Origin: Priapulus caudatus
Taxonomy: Eukaryota
NCBI RefSeq assembly: GCF_000485595.1
Contig: NW_014577076.1
Location: 264,948-325,633 of the forward strand
DNA: 60,686 nt
Direction of reading: 5' to 3'
Part shown: positions 1 through 11,300 of the stretch, piece after piece
Layout: each line of letters starts with the position of its first letter
Numbering within the stretch: position 1 is the stretch's first letter
Program-made: the position numbers and the translations under genes
Notes under the pieces: generated by a model
Databases searched by the model: none
The model's input: only the letters and a program-made list of their open reading frames with translations
What the model was told of the DNA's origin: nothing

Positions 1-36
1 CTGTGTGTGTGTGTGTCTGTGTGTGTGTCTGTGTCT

Positions 37-77
<41 letters not shown>

Positions 78-594
78 AATGGGCTGTGTAAAGTATATTA
101 GTATAGGGTATATTAGTATATTAGTATATTAGTATAATAGTAATAGTATATAAAGTATAGGGAGAATGAAGGAATTAACTATCCTTTTCTCACAAAACAT
201 GTTGTTTCACTGACAAGTATAGAGCTTTTATTGTTTGTAAACATAAGTACAAGCCGTGCGTGCTTTGATAAATGCCCAGGTGTTCCATTGCAAACCACAT
301 GCATGATTCACAGTGCTATCTAACCCTGGTGACCTTCGAGCAATGGCATAGATTGTGCCTCGCAGCATTATTGGCTATAACTACAAAAATTTGCATATAA
401 TTAACAGTGTAACAGCGAATACTACTGCTATTGTTGAAACTTAACAGAGGCTTAACAGAAACATCATTAAGCAAAAAATTCTCTGTTCGCTAAGGTTCTC
501 TGTTATGGCTCTGCTGAAAATACTTCGTTAAATAGCAAACATAGAACTCTTAGTGAAACGTTGCCCTGATTTATAGTCTTGCATACTCACGTAC

Positions 595-1769
595 TCTGTA
601 ATAGGGGAGAACTAGAAGCATTTCACTGATAAGACTCTTTGCCGGATTCCTCACTAGGTACAACGCCGACTCCTCGCACTGCAGTATATTGTCATGGCCT
701 GGAAATGCTCTATGAACTTCCACCTGAAATGATAGTCATTCACATGCATTAACCCCCTTGGTCTCTCATGCTTAACATCAGTATTTGAACCTAAGATTTG
801 TTTTCCTGTTATGACCTTATATCCCCACTTATAACATTGCAATTTCATGCAATCCTGATATATCAACCAACATATACATAGCTACAACTTATGTAAGTGC
901 CATTCCAAATACTTCCTGCCATGGAATAAGGGGGGGGGGGAGGATAAAAAATTACAGTATCCTTCTCAGCCAATAAACCAATTCCTTTAGGAAACGGGAT
1001 GTGTTTAATACAGTATATCATCTGAATAATGGCTAAAATCATTAATAGAAATTCTCCTGTGGAAATCAGTGTGGTTAAGGCATACCTCTCTCTGAGCTAT
1101 ACATTCGTCTTCCTGAGAATGGCAGTTGATGCGCTTAAGGGCATAAAGCCGATGTGTCCTCACATCTTCCACCAAATCAATGTAACTGAACCCACTGCAA
1201 ATGAGAAAATTGCTATATTTTTACCCAAAAAAACATGCAGTAAATCAAAGAAAATTAATTACTTTGCTTACCATATTTGTTCCTTCGCTTACTGTTCCTT
1301 TACCCCAAGTTACAGTAACAGTCCAGACAGCACTATTCAACTGATACTATTAGTATTACGAAGTTTGTTTGGAACTTTATTTGAAACAAGAAAGCTGTGC
1401 GTTCCATTTTAAAGTTTGGCCATTTTAAAATTTCGCTAGCAAGTCTCATTTAAAACTACCCACTATTTGCAATAGATACGGATACGGAAATGACTACAAA
1501 TATTTACACGAGTGGCACTATGGTGCAGGCACATTGTCAGCACTGCAAGTTTTTCCACACTGCATTTTACAAAGCATAAACTTTCACAAAACACCTAAGC
1601 TCTGTATTTACAAAGCATACCACATCTAATCATTCTCCTACTAAAATGCACATGCTGCACAACATAAACTTTATTCAATATTTATCACTCACCCTTCACC
1701 TAGTCTCGTTTTGATTTGGAATTGTCTTCCATCAACACGAATGGTTTCTTTTCCACAAATACAACCCAT
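595..1769 (-). CDS. STK16: Serine/threonine-protein kinase 16 (NAK family), first three coding exons; the rest lies beyond the left edge of the window
   Basis: Hand-spliced exons 1769-1693, 1194-1086 and 723-595 (GT-AG, phases 2 and 0 consistent) give MGCICGKETIRVDGRQFQIKTRLGEGGFSYIDLVEDVRTHRLYALKRINCHSQEDECIAQREVEVHRAFPGHDNILQC...LLVLPYYR. This has the myristoylation Gly2 plus N-terminal Cys residues, the LGEGGFS G-loop and YALKRI-CH, as in STK16/MPSK1. The exon 3 donor could alternatively be at 591. Confidence 0.92.
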
Positions 1770-2342
1770 CCTCAGAATGTTGATTACATGTGAGATGTCC
1801 ATCACACCATTACTGCTGAACTCTACAATAATTAATACAAATAAATATACATCAATTTGCACAGAATTTTGTCAATCAAAATTTATTAATCTTTAATGTC
1901 TCTGAAAGCACTTACAACCTGGCATACTGTGCATCCACCTGGTTATACAGGTTCTTGGTCATGTAACCACAGATAAAACATTAGACACAAGAATAAAAGC
2001 ACAACTTTCTGTAAGATGTCATGCCCCACCTGGTAAAAACTAGATTAAATTATCTCAGAAGATATCAGGCTTAGCAATGTTTGAATTGATGTGATCTAGG
2101 TCACGCCTAGTTTGACATGATCCGAATTATATATATTGTTAAGAAAATGTTAAATGCAATATTCTTCCTGTTTAAATATATTAATACCTAAGAAAATTAA
2201 ATGCAAATTATCGACGTCGATAAATTATAACCAAAATTTTCTTTTTCTTATAATTTAACATGTAACTTTTCTGTTAATATTTAATTAAGAAAATCGTAAT
2301 TGCAGGAGAAGTATGGCTCCATTACAAGAATATGAGGTGATA

Positions 2343-3229
2343 CTCCATTAGGAGTGTTCCCAACTTTAATGTCATTAATGGTCATAATAACATATATATA
2401 TATCAAGAGTGGATAATAGAGAAGAGTATGACTCGGTTTTAACAGCGTTTTGCATAGTTTTCAACTGGTAAATAATCTATCAATATGTGAATAAATATAT
2501 TCAAACTTTACCTTGTTTTCGTCTAGGATTCTCCCTTAATCATATGACACCACCAATTTACCTGAAAATCGTATGTGTTCTTCAAAAAAGTTATTTGAAT
2601 ACGACACGGTTTCGTACAGTTTTCACGCATGAATGCATCTCTCCGACCGAACTTTCTTATGGGATTAGTGTTCTATTGTCTATGACGGAACTTTGGGGGT
2701 CGTATGGGATATTAGGCATCGAATTGTATTTAGCGTGCAGCGTTTCCAGTGTGCTAAAAATAAATGCGCCTCACGGCCAGCTAGCTAGCAGCTGATTCCC
2801 TTACGGCCCCCAGCGTACCGTCATAGACAACAGAACACTAGTCCCATAAGAAAGTTCGGTCGGAGAGATGCATTCATGCGTGAAAACTGTACGAACCCGT
2901 GTCGTATTCAAATAACTTTTTTGAAGAACACATACGATTTTCAGGTAAATTGGTGGTGTCATATGATTAAGGGAGAATCATAGACGAAAACAAGGTAAAG
3001 TTTGAATATATTCATTCACATATTGATAGATTATTTACCAGTTTAAAACTATGCAAAACGCTGTTAAAACCGAGTCATACTCTTCTCTATTATCCACTCT
3101 TGATATATATATATATGGTCATATATTAGTTTGTGGTTTAATGTCATTTAGGTTAGGGTTAGGGTTAGGGTTAGGATTATCAATCATTAATCATTAACGA
3201 TATCAAAGTTGGGAACACTCCTAATGGAG
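2343..3229. mobile_element. Older inverted-repeat element carrying (TTAGGG)n; host of the 2403-3103 MITE
   Basis: CTCCATTAGGAGTGTTCCCAACTTT starting at 2343 is the reverse complement of AAAGTTGGGAACACTCCTAATGGAG ending at 3229; TTAGGG run at ~3148-3177. Confidence 0.6.
2403..3103. mobile_element. Fold-back MITE with ~285-bp near-perfect TIRs, inserted in a (TA)n site
   Basis: Arms 2403-2688 and 2818-3103 are reverse complements (TCAAGAGTGG...CCACTCTTGA), flanked by TA runs. Confidence 0.88.
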
Positions 3230-4168
3230 CGTTAGCTAGAATATGGGCAAAACCCTGATTGGGAAAAAATTTCTATATTCCTAATGTCAAAAAATCTTTG
3301 TGGGCTTAGTTTGGTTGGGCCTAGTTTTTAGGCACTGAATTAAAGTTGATACCTTAGTGACTTTGTGTATTATAAAATAGAATTAGTGACTGGCATGCGC
3401 CAATAATTTTAACCTCTATTCTGATGATGCAACCTTTTTGCCTCCAGTGCAAGTGCATTTAGTAAAGAATCACATGCTATAACAGGCCACGTTAAGACCA
3501 CGGTAAAAATCTCATCATCATCACTCTGACAATAACCCGATCGCTAGCATAGCCCGACCAGGCTGTGACACTAATTAAAATTCACAGCCTATACCACCCA
3601 TCCATTGGAGCATCTTATACCGCTATAAAAACTGTTGACTGTGCACAACAGCATATCTCTAAGAAAATTATTGGCTTATAATAGAACTTTTGCTTGTTTT
3701 TAAATTAAAACTCCACCCTTTTTATTGGGTATTATACCGCAGTTCACTGAAAGCACTGCATATTTCATGAGACGAAGTAAATAAACAAACGAATATCAAC
3801 CATCATATTTCCACTCCGCATGCGGTAAGTCCCACCATGTTGGGAGCAAATAGTGGGGAATGTGTTCTTGTTAATTACTTTGATTTAGAGAATAGCATGT
3901 AATTCTGTAAATAACTTGGGCAGTGCTAAGTTACTGCGAGCAAGGCAGCAGTAATCGATTTACTTGTGCTATTAGTATTAGATGTGACGATGGCATTTGT
4001 CAGTCTGGTAACTGATGCAACTACGTTTTTGAACAACAGGAGTTTGAAATGTTCTTTCGATATAATCATTAGACCAATAAATTGTGCCCTAAAGATTTTT
4101 ATAACCTCAACTTATTCTAGAACAGTGTATCTATACCTAGTCACCTCATAAATAATACTAATAGTGTT

Positions 4169-5131
4169 CAGTGTTTCCCCTGCCCAAAAAGGTCTGTGAG
4201 GTGGGAAATGTTTTTTGTATGATGTGTTTGCGCATTTCGAGGTCCTAGCAAATTGAGCAGCGCATGTGCTGGGCTAGCTCTAGTACTATAGCCCGCGTAC
4301 AGTTGCTGCAGGGCTATAGAATATTTTATGCCAGGTTTCGTAACTGCACCTGTCCCCCAATGCTTCCATGAAAAATGGCTCACAAAATGCAGAATGATCA
4401 GGCTTTTTAACACTTATTTATCTACATGGACATCTCACCTATCTTGTTGAACATTTTCCACAAGTTAGTAACCTGTTTACACCCTGTATTTATGCATTTA
4501 TTCCTCAAAGTGCTAGCACTACTTGCGTTTCGTTTTCAAATGCTGTTGTGTACACGCGTGACGTCACCCGAAATGTAATAGGCTGCATCATAGCTGCCCA
4601 TGTTTTGTCTACATTTCGGGTGACGTCACGCGTGTACACAACAACATTTGAAAACGAAACGAAAGTAGTGCTAGCACTTTGAGGAATAAATGCATAAATA
4701 CAGGGTGTAAAGTTGTGGAAAATGTTCCAAAAGATAAGTGAGATGTCCATGTAGATAAATAAGTGTTAAAAAGCCCGATCATTCTGCGTTTTGTAAGCCA
4801 TTTTTCGTGGAAGCATTAGGGGACAGGTGCAGTTACGAAACCTGGCATAAAATGCTCTATAGCCCTGTGGCAACTGTACGCGAGCTATAGTACTAGAGCT
4901 AGTGCTGGGCAAGCTAGGGGGGTCCGGCGCATGCTCCGGGAATTTTTTGAGTGTGCGTTTGTCCGTGCATTCTAAGCTATTCTCAACACATTGTATGAGA
5001 CTCTTGAATCTCTTTTTCAAGTTGTCACAAGTTTCGTCAGTGAGGCAGCGGTTTGGACAAATTTCTGTGTGGCGGCTGAGAATTTGAGCGAGGCGGCCCG
5101 CCTCGCTCGTGTCAATGCAGGGGAAACACTG
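4169..5131. mobile_element. hAT-like non-autonomous element (5-bp TSD)
   Basis: TIRs CAGTGTTTCCCCTGC / GCAGGGGAAACACTG with flanking direct repeat GTGTT; interrupted by 4275-4901. Confidence 0.7.
4275..4901. mobile_element. Hairpin MITE, TAG...CTA termini, 9-bp TSD
   Basis: ~300-bp arms around a ~30-bp loop (4578-4609). Termini TAGCTCTAGTACTATAGC / GCTATAGTACTAGAGCTA; perfect TSD GTGCTGGGC at 4266-4274 and 4902-4910. Confidence 0.9.
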
Positions 5132-5376
5132 GTGTTGAAAGTCCAAAGGGCTATATCAACTCAAAGACAGAAAGAGTCAAGTTGATCGAAATAGACAGAT
5201 CAACACAGCAGATCGCAGTAGAAAACCCTCAAATTTACAATTTACTAAAGAGGAAGGGAGAGAATCTATATCTAGGGATTCTAGAAATACCTAGGAATTC
5301 AATAACTGCTCCTACACTACACACATCTACAGTACAAATACTAGTAGTAGTACTACTACTACTACTACTAGTTAAG

Positions 5377-5795
5377 TAAGCCTGTACCGTAGTATTTGGA
5401 CGCTGGCCCGGAGCTGGGCGCTCCTAAGTGCGCATGCGCACAGGCGCCTCTTGTTTTGCAAGGGCGCATGCGCAGTAGTCATCTGCGCATCTCGCCCATC
5501 GAAAACGGTCGCAATAAACAAACATGGCGGCCAACCCAGTCACTCATGGAAACATTTGATTGAAACAATTTGCAATGTAGTAAGTTAGTAAGACTGTGTT
5601 ATGTGTGTCAGCTAGGTTACAAAGCGAAACAAAAAGAAAACAAAAGAGCATGGCTACTATTTTCTACGGCCCTGCAAAACGAGATTCAAACAAAAAGAAA
5701 ACAAGAGAAAAACAAAAGAGCATGCGCGCATGCGCACTTAGGAGCGTCCAGTTTCGGGCGAGCGTCCAAATACTACGGTACAGCCAACAGGCCTA
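5377..5795. mobile_element. MITE with ~60-bp TIRs
   Basis: CTGTACCGTAGTATTTGGACGCT...CTCCTAAGTGCGCATGCGC is mirrored at ~5727-5783; the element lies within TAG/CTA microsatellite. Confidence 0.7.
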
Positions 5796-5820
5796 CTACT
5801 ACTAGTAGTACTAGTAGTAG

Positions 5821-6007
5821 CAGGAGTAAGATAATATTTAATATATATTTATATATAATATATTTAATTATATATATTATTATTAATATAATATTATATT
5901 TATATTGATGTAAATGACATTGGTTTTATTGGGACCCATGTTCTCTATCCTTGAACCGATAAGATAGGACCTATATATAGGATATATCCTATATTATCTT
6001 ACTCCTG
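5821..6007. mobile_element. Short MITE CAGGAGTAAGATAATA...TATTATCTTACTCCTG (relative at 27777-27845)
   Basis: Terminal inverted repeats at both loci; both copies sit in microsatellites (GTAG and ATAT flanks). Confidence 0.7.
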
Positions 6008-6093
6008 GTAGTAGTGCTAGTACTAGTAGTACTAGTACTAGTAGTAGTACTACTACTAGTAGTACTACNNNNNNNNNNNNNNNNNNNNNNNNN

Positions 6094-7975
6094 CTTTTCA
6101 AGTTTCACAAGTGTTCGTCAGTGAGGCAGCGGTTATGGAACACAAATTTCTGTGTGGCGGCTGAGAATCTGAGCGAGGCGCCCGCCCTCGCTCAGTGTCA
6201 ATGCAGGGAAACACTGGTTTGTTTAAAGTCCAAAGCGCTATATTTCAACTCAAAGACAGAAAAGAGTCAGTTGATCCGAATAGATCAGATCAACACAAGC
6301 AGATCGACAGTAGAAAAACCCTCAAATGTTACAATTTACTAAAGACCGGAAGCGGAGAGCAATCTATATCTAGGCATCTAGAAATTACCTAGGGATTCAA
6401 TAACGCTCCTACACTACAACACATCTACAGTACACAATCACTCCAGTAGTATCTACTTACTACTGATCCTACTAGTTAAGTAAGCCGTGTACGCGTCAGT
6501 ATTTGACGCTGCCCGCGCAGCTGGCGCGCTTCCATAAGTCGCATCGCGCACAGGCGCCTCCTTGTTGCAAGGGCGAAGATGCCGCAGTAGTCATCTTGCC
6601 GCATATCTCCGCCCCATCGAAAAACGCGTCGCAATAAACACACATGGCGGCAACCCAGTCACTCAATGGAAACATTTGATTGAAACAACTTTGCCCGCAA
6701 TGCTAGTAAGTTAGGAATGACTGTGTTATGGTGTGTCAGCTAAGTTAAAAAGCACCGGAAACAAAAATGAAGAACAAAAGCAAGCATGGCTACTATTTCT
6801 ACGGCCCTGCAGAATACAAGAGTCAACAAAAAAAAAACAAGAGAAAAAACAAAAGGCTATGCTGCGCACTGCGCACTTAGGAGCCGTCCAAGTTCGAGCG
6901 AGCGTCAATACTACGGTACAGCCAAACAGGCCTACTAACACTACTAAGTGGAGTACTAGTAGTCAGCAGCGAGTAGATAATATTTAATATATATTTATAT
7001 ATAATATATTTATTAATATACTTTACTTATTAAAGCATGAATATTTCCACTCGATTACCTGCAAACGTTTTACGAATGCTACAGTAACTGGCCACCTTGG
7101 TGTAGTTAAAGTAAGTACATCTACTCTTATAGCCAATACGCGTATTAGTTTGTCCAAATCACTGCGAATTTACTAGACCAATGTTCTAGATTGAAATCCG
7201 TAAATCGTAATCTGGCCGCCAACGTCTAAATTTATGCCAACAAAATACGCATCGATGTTGCTAGCAGGCATGTTGAGCAGTCGAATAATGTTCTGGTCCG
7301 GGGTAATTGTTGACTAGTGACGGCAGTGACGCATATCCTTTTCACATATTATATGCTTGCTTGTAATCTCAGGATCTTCGCTATATTCATTATTCCGGAA
7401 TCCCAAGAGTAAACCATAACGTACGGAATGCGCACTCAGACCACAAGGAGCGAAATCCACTGGCGGCCGATGCATACGTGGCGAAAATGTCCGGCTGCAC
7501 TATAAATCTGTATGGACCGTCATCGCACGGTTTACGGGCCGGTTACGGCCGGCCATGGCGGCCGTTGTAACGGTCAACAACGGTTTTATTTGACCGCGCG
7601 CATTTTCAATTGTTATATTTCTTCAGTAACCAGCAGTGATATTGCGACAAACTTCAATACGCGTTTTGGCTATAACGGTAATGGTACTTATTAACTACAC
7701 AAGGTGCGCAGTTACTGTAGCATTCGTTCAAAATTGCATAATCAATGGTACGCTGCGGCAGCTCTTACCTGATCCTCGCGCTAATTAGTAATATTAATAT
7801 TTATATTTTGATGCTAAATGACATTGGTTTATTGGGCATGTTCTCTATCCTTCGAAACGATAAGATAGGCACGCTATATAATAGGATATTCACTATATTA
7901 TCGTTACTCCTGGTAGTAGTGCTAGTACTGTAGTACTATAGCTAGCTAGTAGTACACTACTAGTGCTATACTACT
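6094..7975 (+). other. Noisy second copy of 5012-6068 after a 25-N gap (probable haplotype or long-read artefact), with an extra ~770-bp TIR insertion
   Basis: Colinear with 5012-6068 but with scattered 1-nt indels. Segment ~7021-7790 is absent from the first copy and has inverted arms at ~7053-7165 and ~7634-7743. Confidence 0.8.
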
Positions 7976-8230
7976 AGAATTTACGAAAAAAAAAAAACTT
8001 AAAGAATCTGATCAGTGAATCATTTTTCAGTTCTGAAAGTTGGAGCTATCTTAAACCAACCGCTGAATCTTAAGTCAATCATTGGAAATCGGGGTCCTGG
8101 TAGTAGGATCTAACCATATAACGCGACTAACAACAACAAAACATCAAATTATGCTACAAAAAATGCTACAGGTATCAGAAAGCAAATTGATTTACCAAAT
8201 ACACTTATCGGAGGCTGACATGTTGCTTAC

Positions 8231-8342
8231 GGTGCTGCCCTCTGACATAAAACTGCTCAGATGTATTATTCCGCAGTGGACATGTGTGTTGGGATTGTTA
8301 AATAGATCAATGTGGCGCGGGTTGCCTGCTTAATATTTACAA
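8231..8342. promoter_or_regulatory. Candidate bidirectional promoter for STK16 and DCAF13
   Basis: A minus-strand donor GTAAGC at 8230-8225 could close a non-coding first exon of STK16, and the DCAF13 ATG is at 8343. Inference only. Confidence 0.35.
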
Positions 8343-11300
8343 ATGAAAAATCAAGGTTATCTTGCTTCGTAAACCAGACGATTATTATCGTTGAGAACAA
8401 AACGGGACGTTCACAAAGGTAAGCTTTGGAGCAACATGAGTTTGATTTTTCTGTCCGTGTTGTTGGCAATGTCATGATGTTGAGTAGCTCTAGTACTATA
8501 GCCGCGTACATTGACTGCCGCAGGAATGGACTGCCGCTCTTCGGCCAGTCAATCGACTACAATGTACGCGGGCTATCATACTAGAGCTAGATGTGAGGCA
8601 TGATTTGTCGATTGTTGACTGCAGTAAACTGAGTATAGCCAGATAGCACAGCCACAGCGACCGTGATACCGTGATGCAGCTAAAATTACTTTTTTTTTAC
8701 GCAGCTGTTTTAGCTCATCTGACATAGTCAGATGACAGCTTGATAGAATCGCATTGATCGTCCGTGGCGTCCGTCCGTCCGGGCGTCCAACAGTTGGCGG
8801 CACAAATCTTAAATCCGCTCGACGTACGGTCACGATATATCGGCGACGGGCGGGGTAATCGAAAACGAGTTGGGATGTCGAAGCTGCGGGGTTCAAAGGT
8901 CAAAGGTCAAGAGGTGTAGAAGAAGGGGCGCAACATTCTACTCCTTAACTTAAGGTATAGGGAGCGAAATGCAGAATTGTCGGCACAAATTCTAAAGACG
9001 CGCTCGACCTGGCTCGGGGGATAGTCGGTGGGAGAGCATCATGGTAGCCGAAAACCATCACTTGTGCCGAAATTGGAGGTCACAGGTCAAAGTCAGTGCG
9101 CACAGGGCAGATTTTAGACATTTTCTTGAGCGACATTGGGTCTGACGGGCGATTGAAAAACTTTTGTTTCAGCGGTGACCCTAGCATTTTTATGGCTTTA
9201 ATGAAAGGACCATGAATTGTCCCTTCTGCTGAATCGCGAAGAGTAAGTGTCGGATAACCTTTGACCCTCAAGAGGCACGGGACAGGTTAAACATGGGATA
9301 CTTGTTCGACTGTCTGACTTAGAAAGAATTTGACTGCCCCGGTTGCTAGTAGAATTATACACTGCCTGGATGTTATGAGGCTACAATGTCACAGTGGGAA
9401 TTTCAAAAGCTAATTTGCGTGTAAAGAAGGTTTATGCTCCTTAAATTCGCTATAAAATTTCTATGGCATTCTTACTGGTCAGTATGGTTACATGTAACGT
9501 ATGGCCACTGCCAGTGGCTGCTGCAGTGCATCTGTTGGCCTGCAGTTTTTGCCTGCCTTAATTGTTACAGGTGGGCAGCTCTCTTTGCAAGGTTGCAGCC
9601 TGGTAGGCTTGCGTAGGTACAATGGCATGAGTGCTTACCTATTCTGTCTTGCGGATAGTTGTTGGCTACTACGTTATGATGGGAGCTTCCATCTTTAATC
9701 TGAAGACACTTAAACGTACGCGCCATCTCGTGGCAACTTTCAAGTTTCATAACGATCCCAAGTTCCCAACGAACATTCTTTTGAGAAGGTTCCTGATACC
9801 ATCCCTGTGCATTCCACTGTTTCGGTGTGTATGTGAACACATTTGGGACTAACAGGGTTTACTAGAATCCCACCACTCCACCACAGAGTCACCGCAGTAG
9901 ACATTAGATGAGCGCTGTCGCTCTGCGGCACTTGTTTGATTTGGAAGTGGCTATTCCTCGTAAGAATTATTTTTGGACTATTCTTACGACATGCAACAAT
10001 CATTCATAATGGTGACAAAATCACGGAGGTCGGGTTTACATGTTGCTGTATGCATGTTGTGTACAAAGTATGACTGCATGCACTGATTGTCTCATTCGCA
10101 TCGTTTTTTTAATTCAAATCTCGTCGCAGCAAGGCAGCTTATGTCTGTGCAAAACAATGCAAGGGACGGGTGGAAACAGAAAAATCTTATTATGTCTAGC
10201 CATTCAATAAAAAAAACTTGCTTGCCCGAACAGGCAAATGCAATTTCAAGCTACTTGCCCGGGGGGGGGGCGAGTTTTGGTTGCGCCGGGCCATAGGGCA
10301 AGCGGGTTTGTCGAGCACGGCACCGCAGGTTTCGAATTTTGGCTGAAAATCTAGTGGACAGCAGGACCACCAACTTCAGAAAGTTGGTGGACCTGCACAA
10401 AAATTTGGTGGTCCGTTTATTTACTAGCAGTGAGTAACAAAATAGTATATAAAGATAACCATTGGCATTAAAACAGCATACATGTAACTTAATTAGAGTT
10501 GGTCAAATAATGTTTCAATCTCTAGGAATGTCAGGGGAGCTTCTGGGTAAGGTTTTACTTTCGTTTTTCTCCTCCCCAGTCCACGGTACCCCCATGCATA
10601 GATCTATCAATGCTGCCGCACATCCGCAAAGTTACGATTATAAGTGCCTAAAATCTTTAATTGTATATACAGTTTACATTGCTTCTAGATATCTAACTGA
10701 ATAAAAACAGTCCACTTTCTACGTTAAGAAAAGTGACAAATTCAGTTAACAGCTTTGATTACGTGCGTGTCAGGTGTCACTGGTCGTGCCCTCACTCCCC
10801 ACGGTAACCCCTGCGATATAAAAACTTATTGTTATGCGATCATAAAAACACTGGGCTGCCCTACAGTCATGCCGGGCGATGCCGCAATCGATTTTGTTAG
10901 ACTGTTGCGAGTTTTTGTTCGTGTGGCGAATCATGCGTTGAGGGAGTTCATGCAGCTCTAGATGTTTTGGAAACCCCGTCTACGTTGAGGAACGGGTCGT
11001 ATTATGCACTCCCGTTTACAAGTTTGTCTAAACTGCCGTTGCGATAACCGTAGTATTTCAGCGTAAAAGTGCCGGTCAGGAGGACCGGCAGTTTCGTGGA
11101 GATGGTGGCCCGAGCAAAAACTTGGTGGGCCTCCGGGTCGGAACCAATTTCGAACGCTGCCGGCGGCACGGGAGCGATTTTTTCTCGTATCTTCCAAAAT
11201 TTTTGCTCTTGTAATTGTTGTTACCAGAGCGCTTTGAAAGCTGACTGGAGCGAAATCGCTCGCCGCTCCCGTGTATTTTTTCCGCTGCCGCGATAGTACT

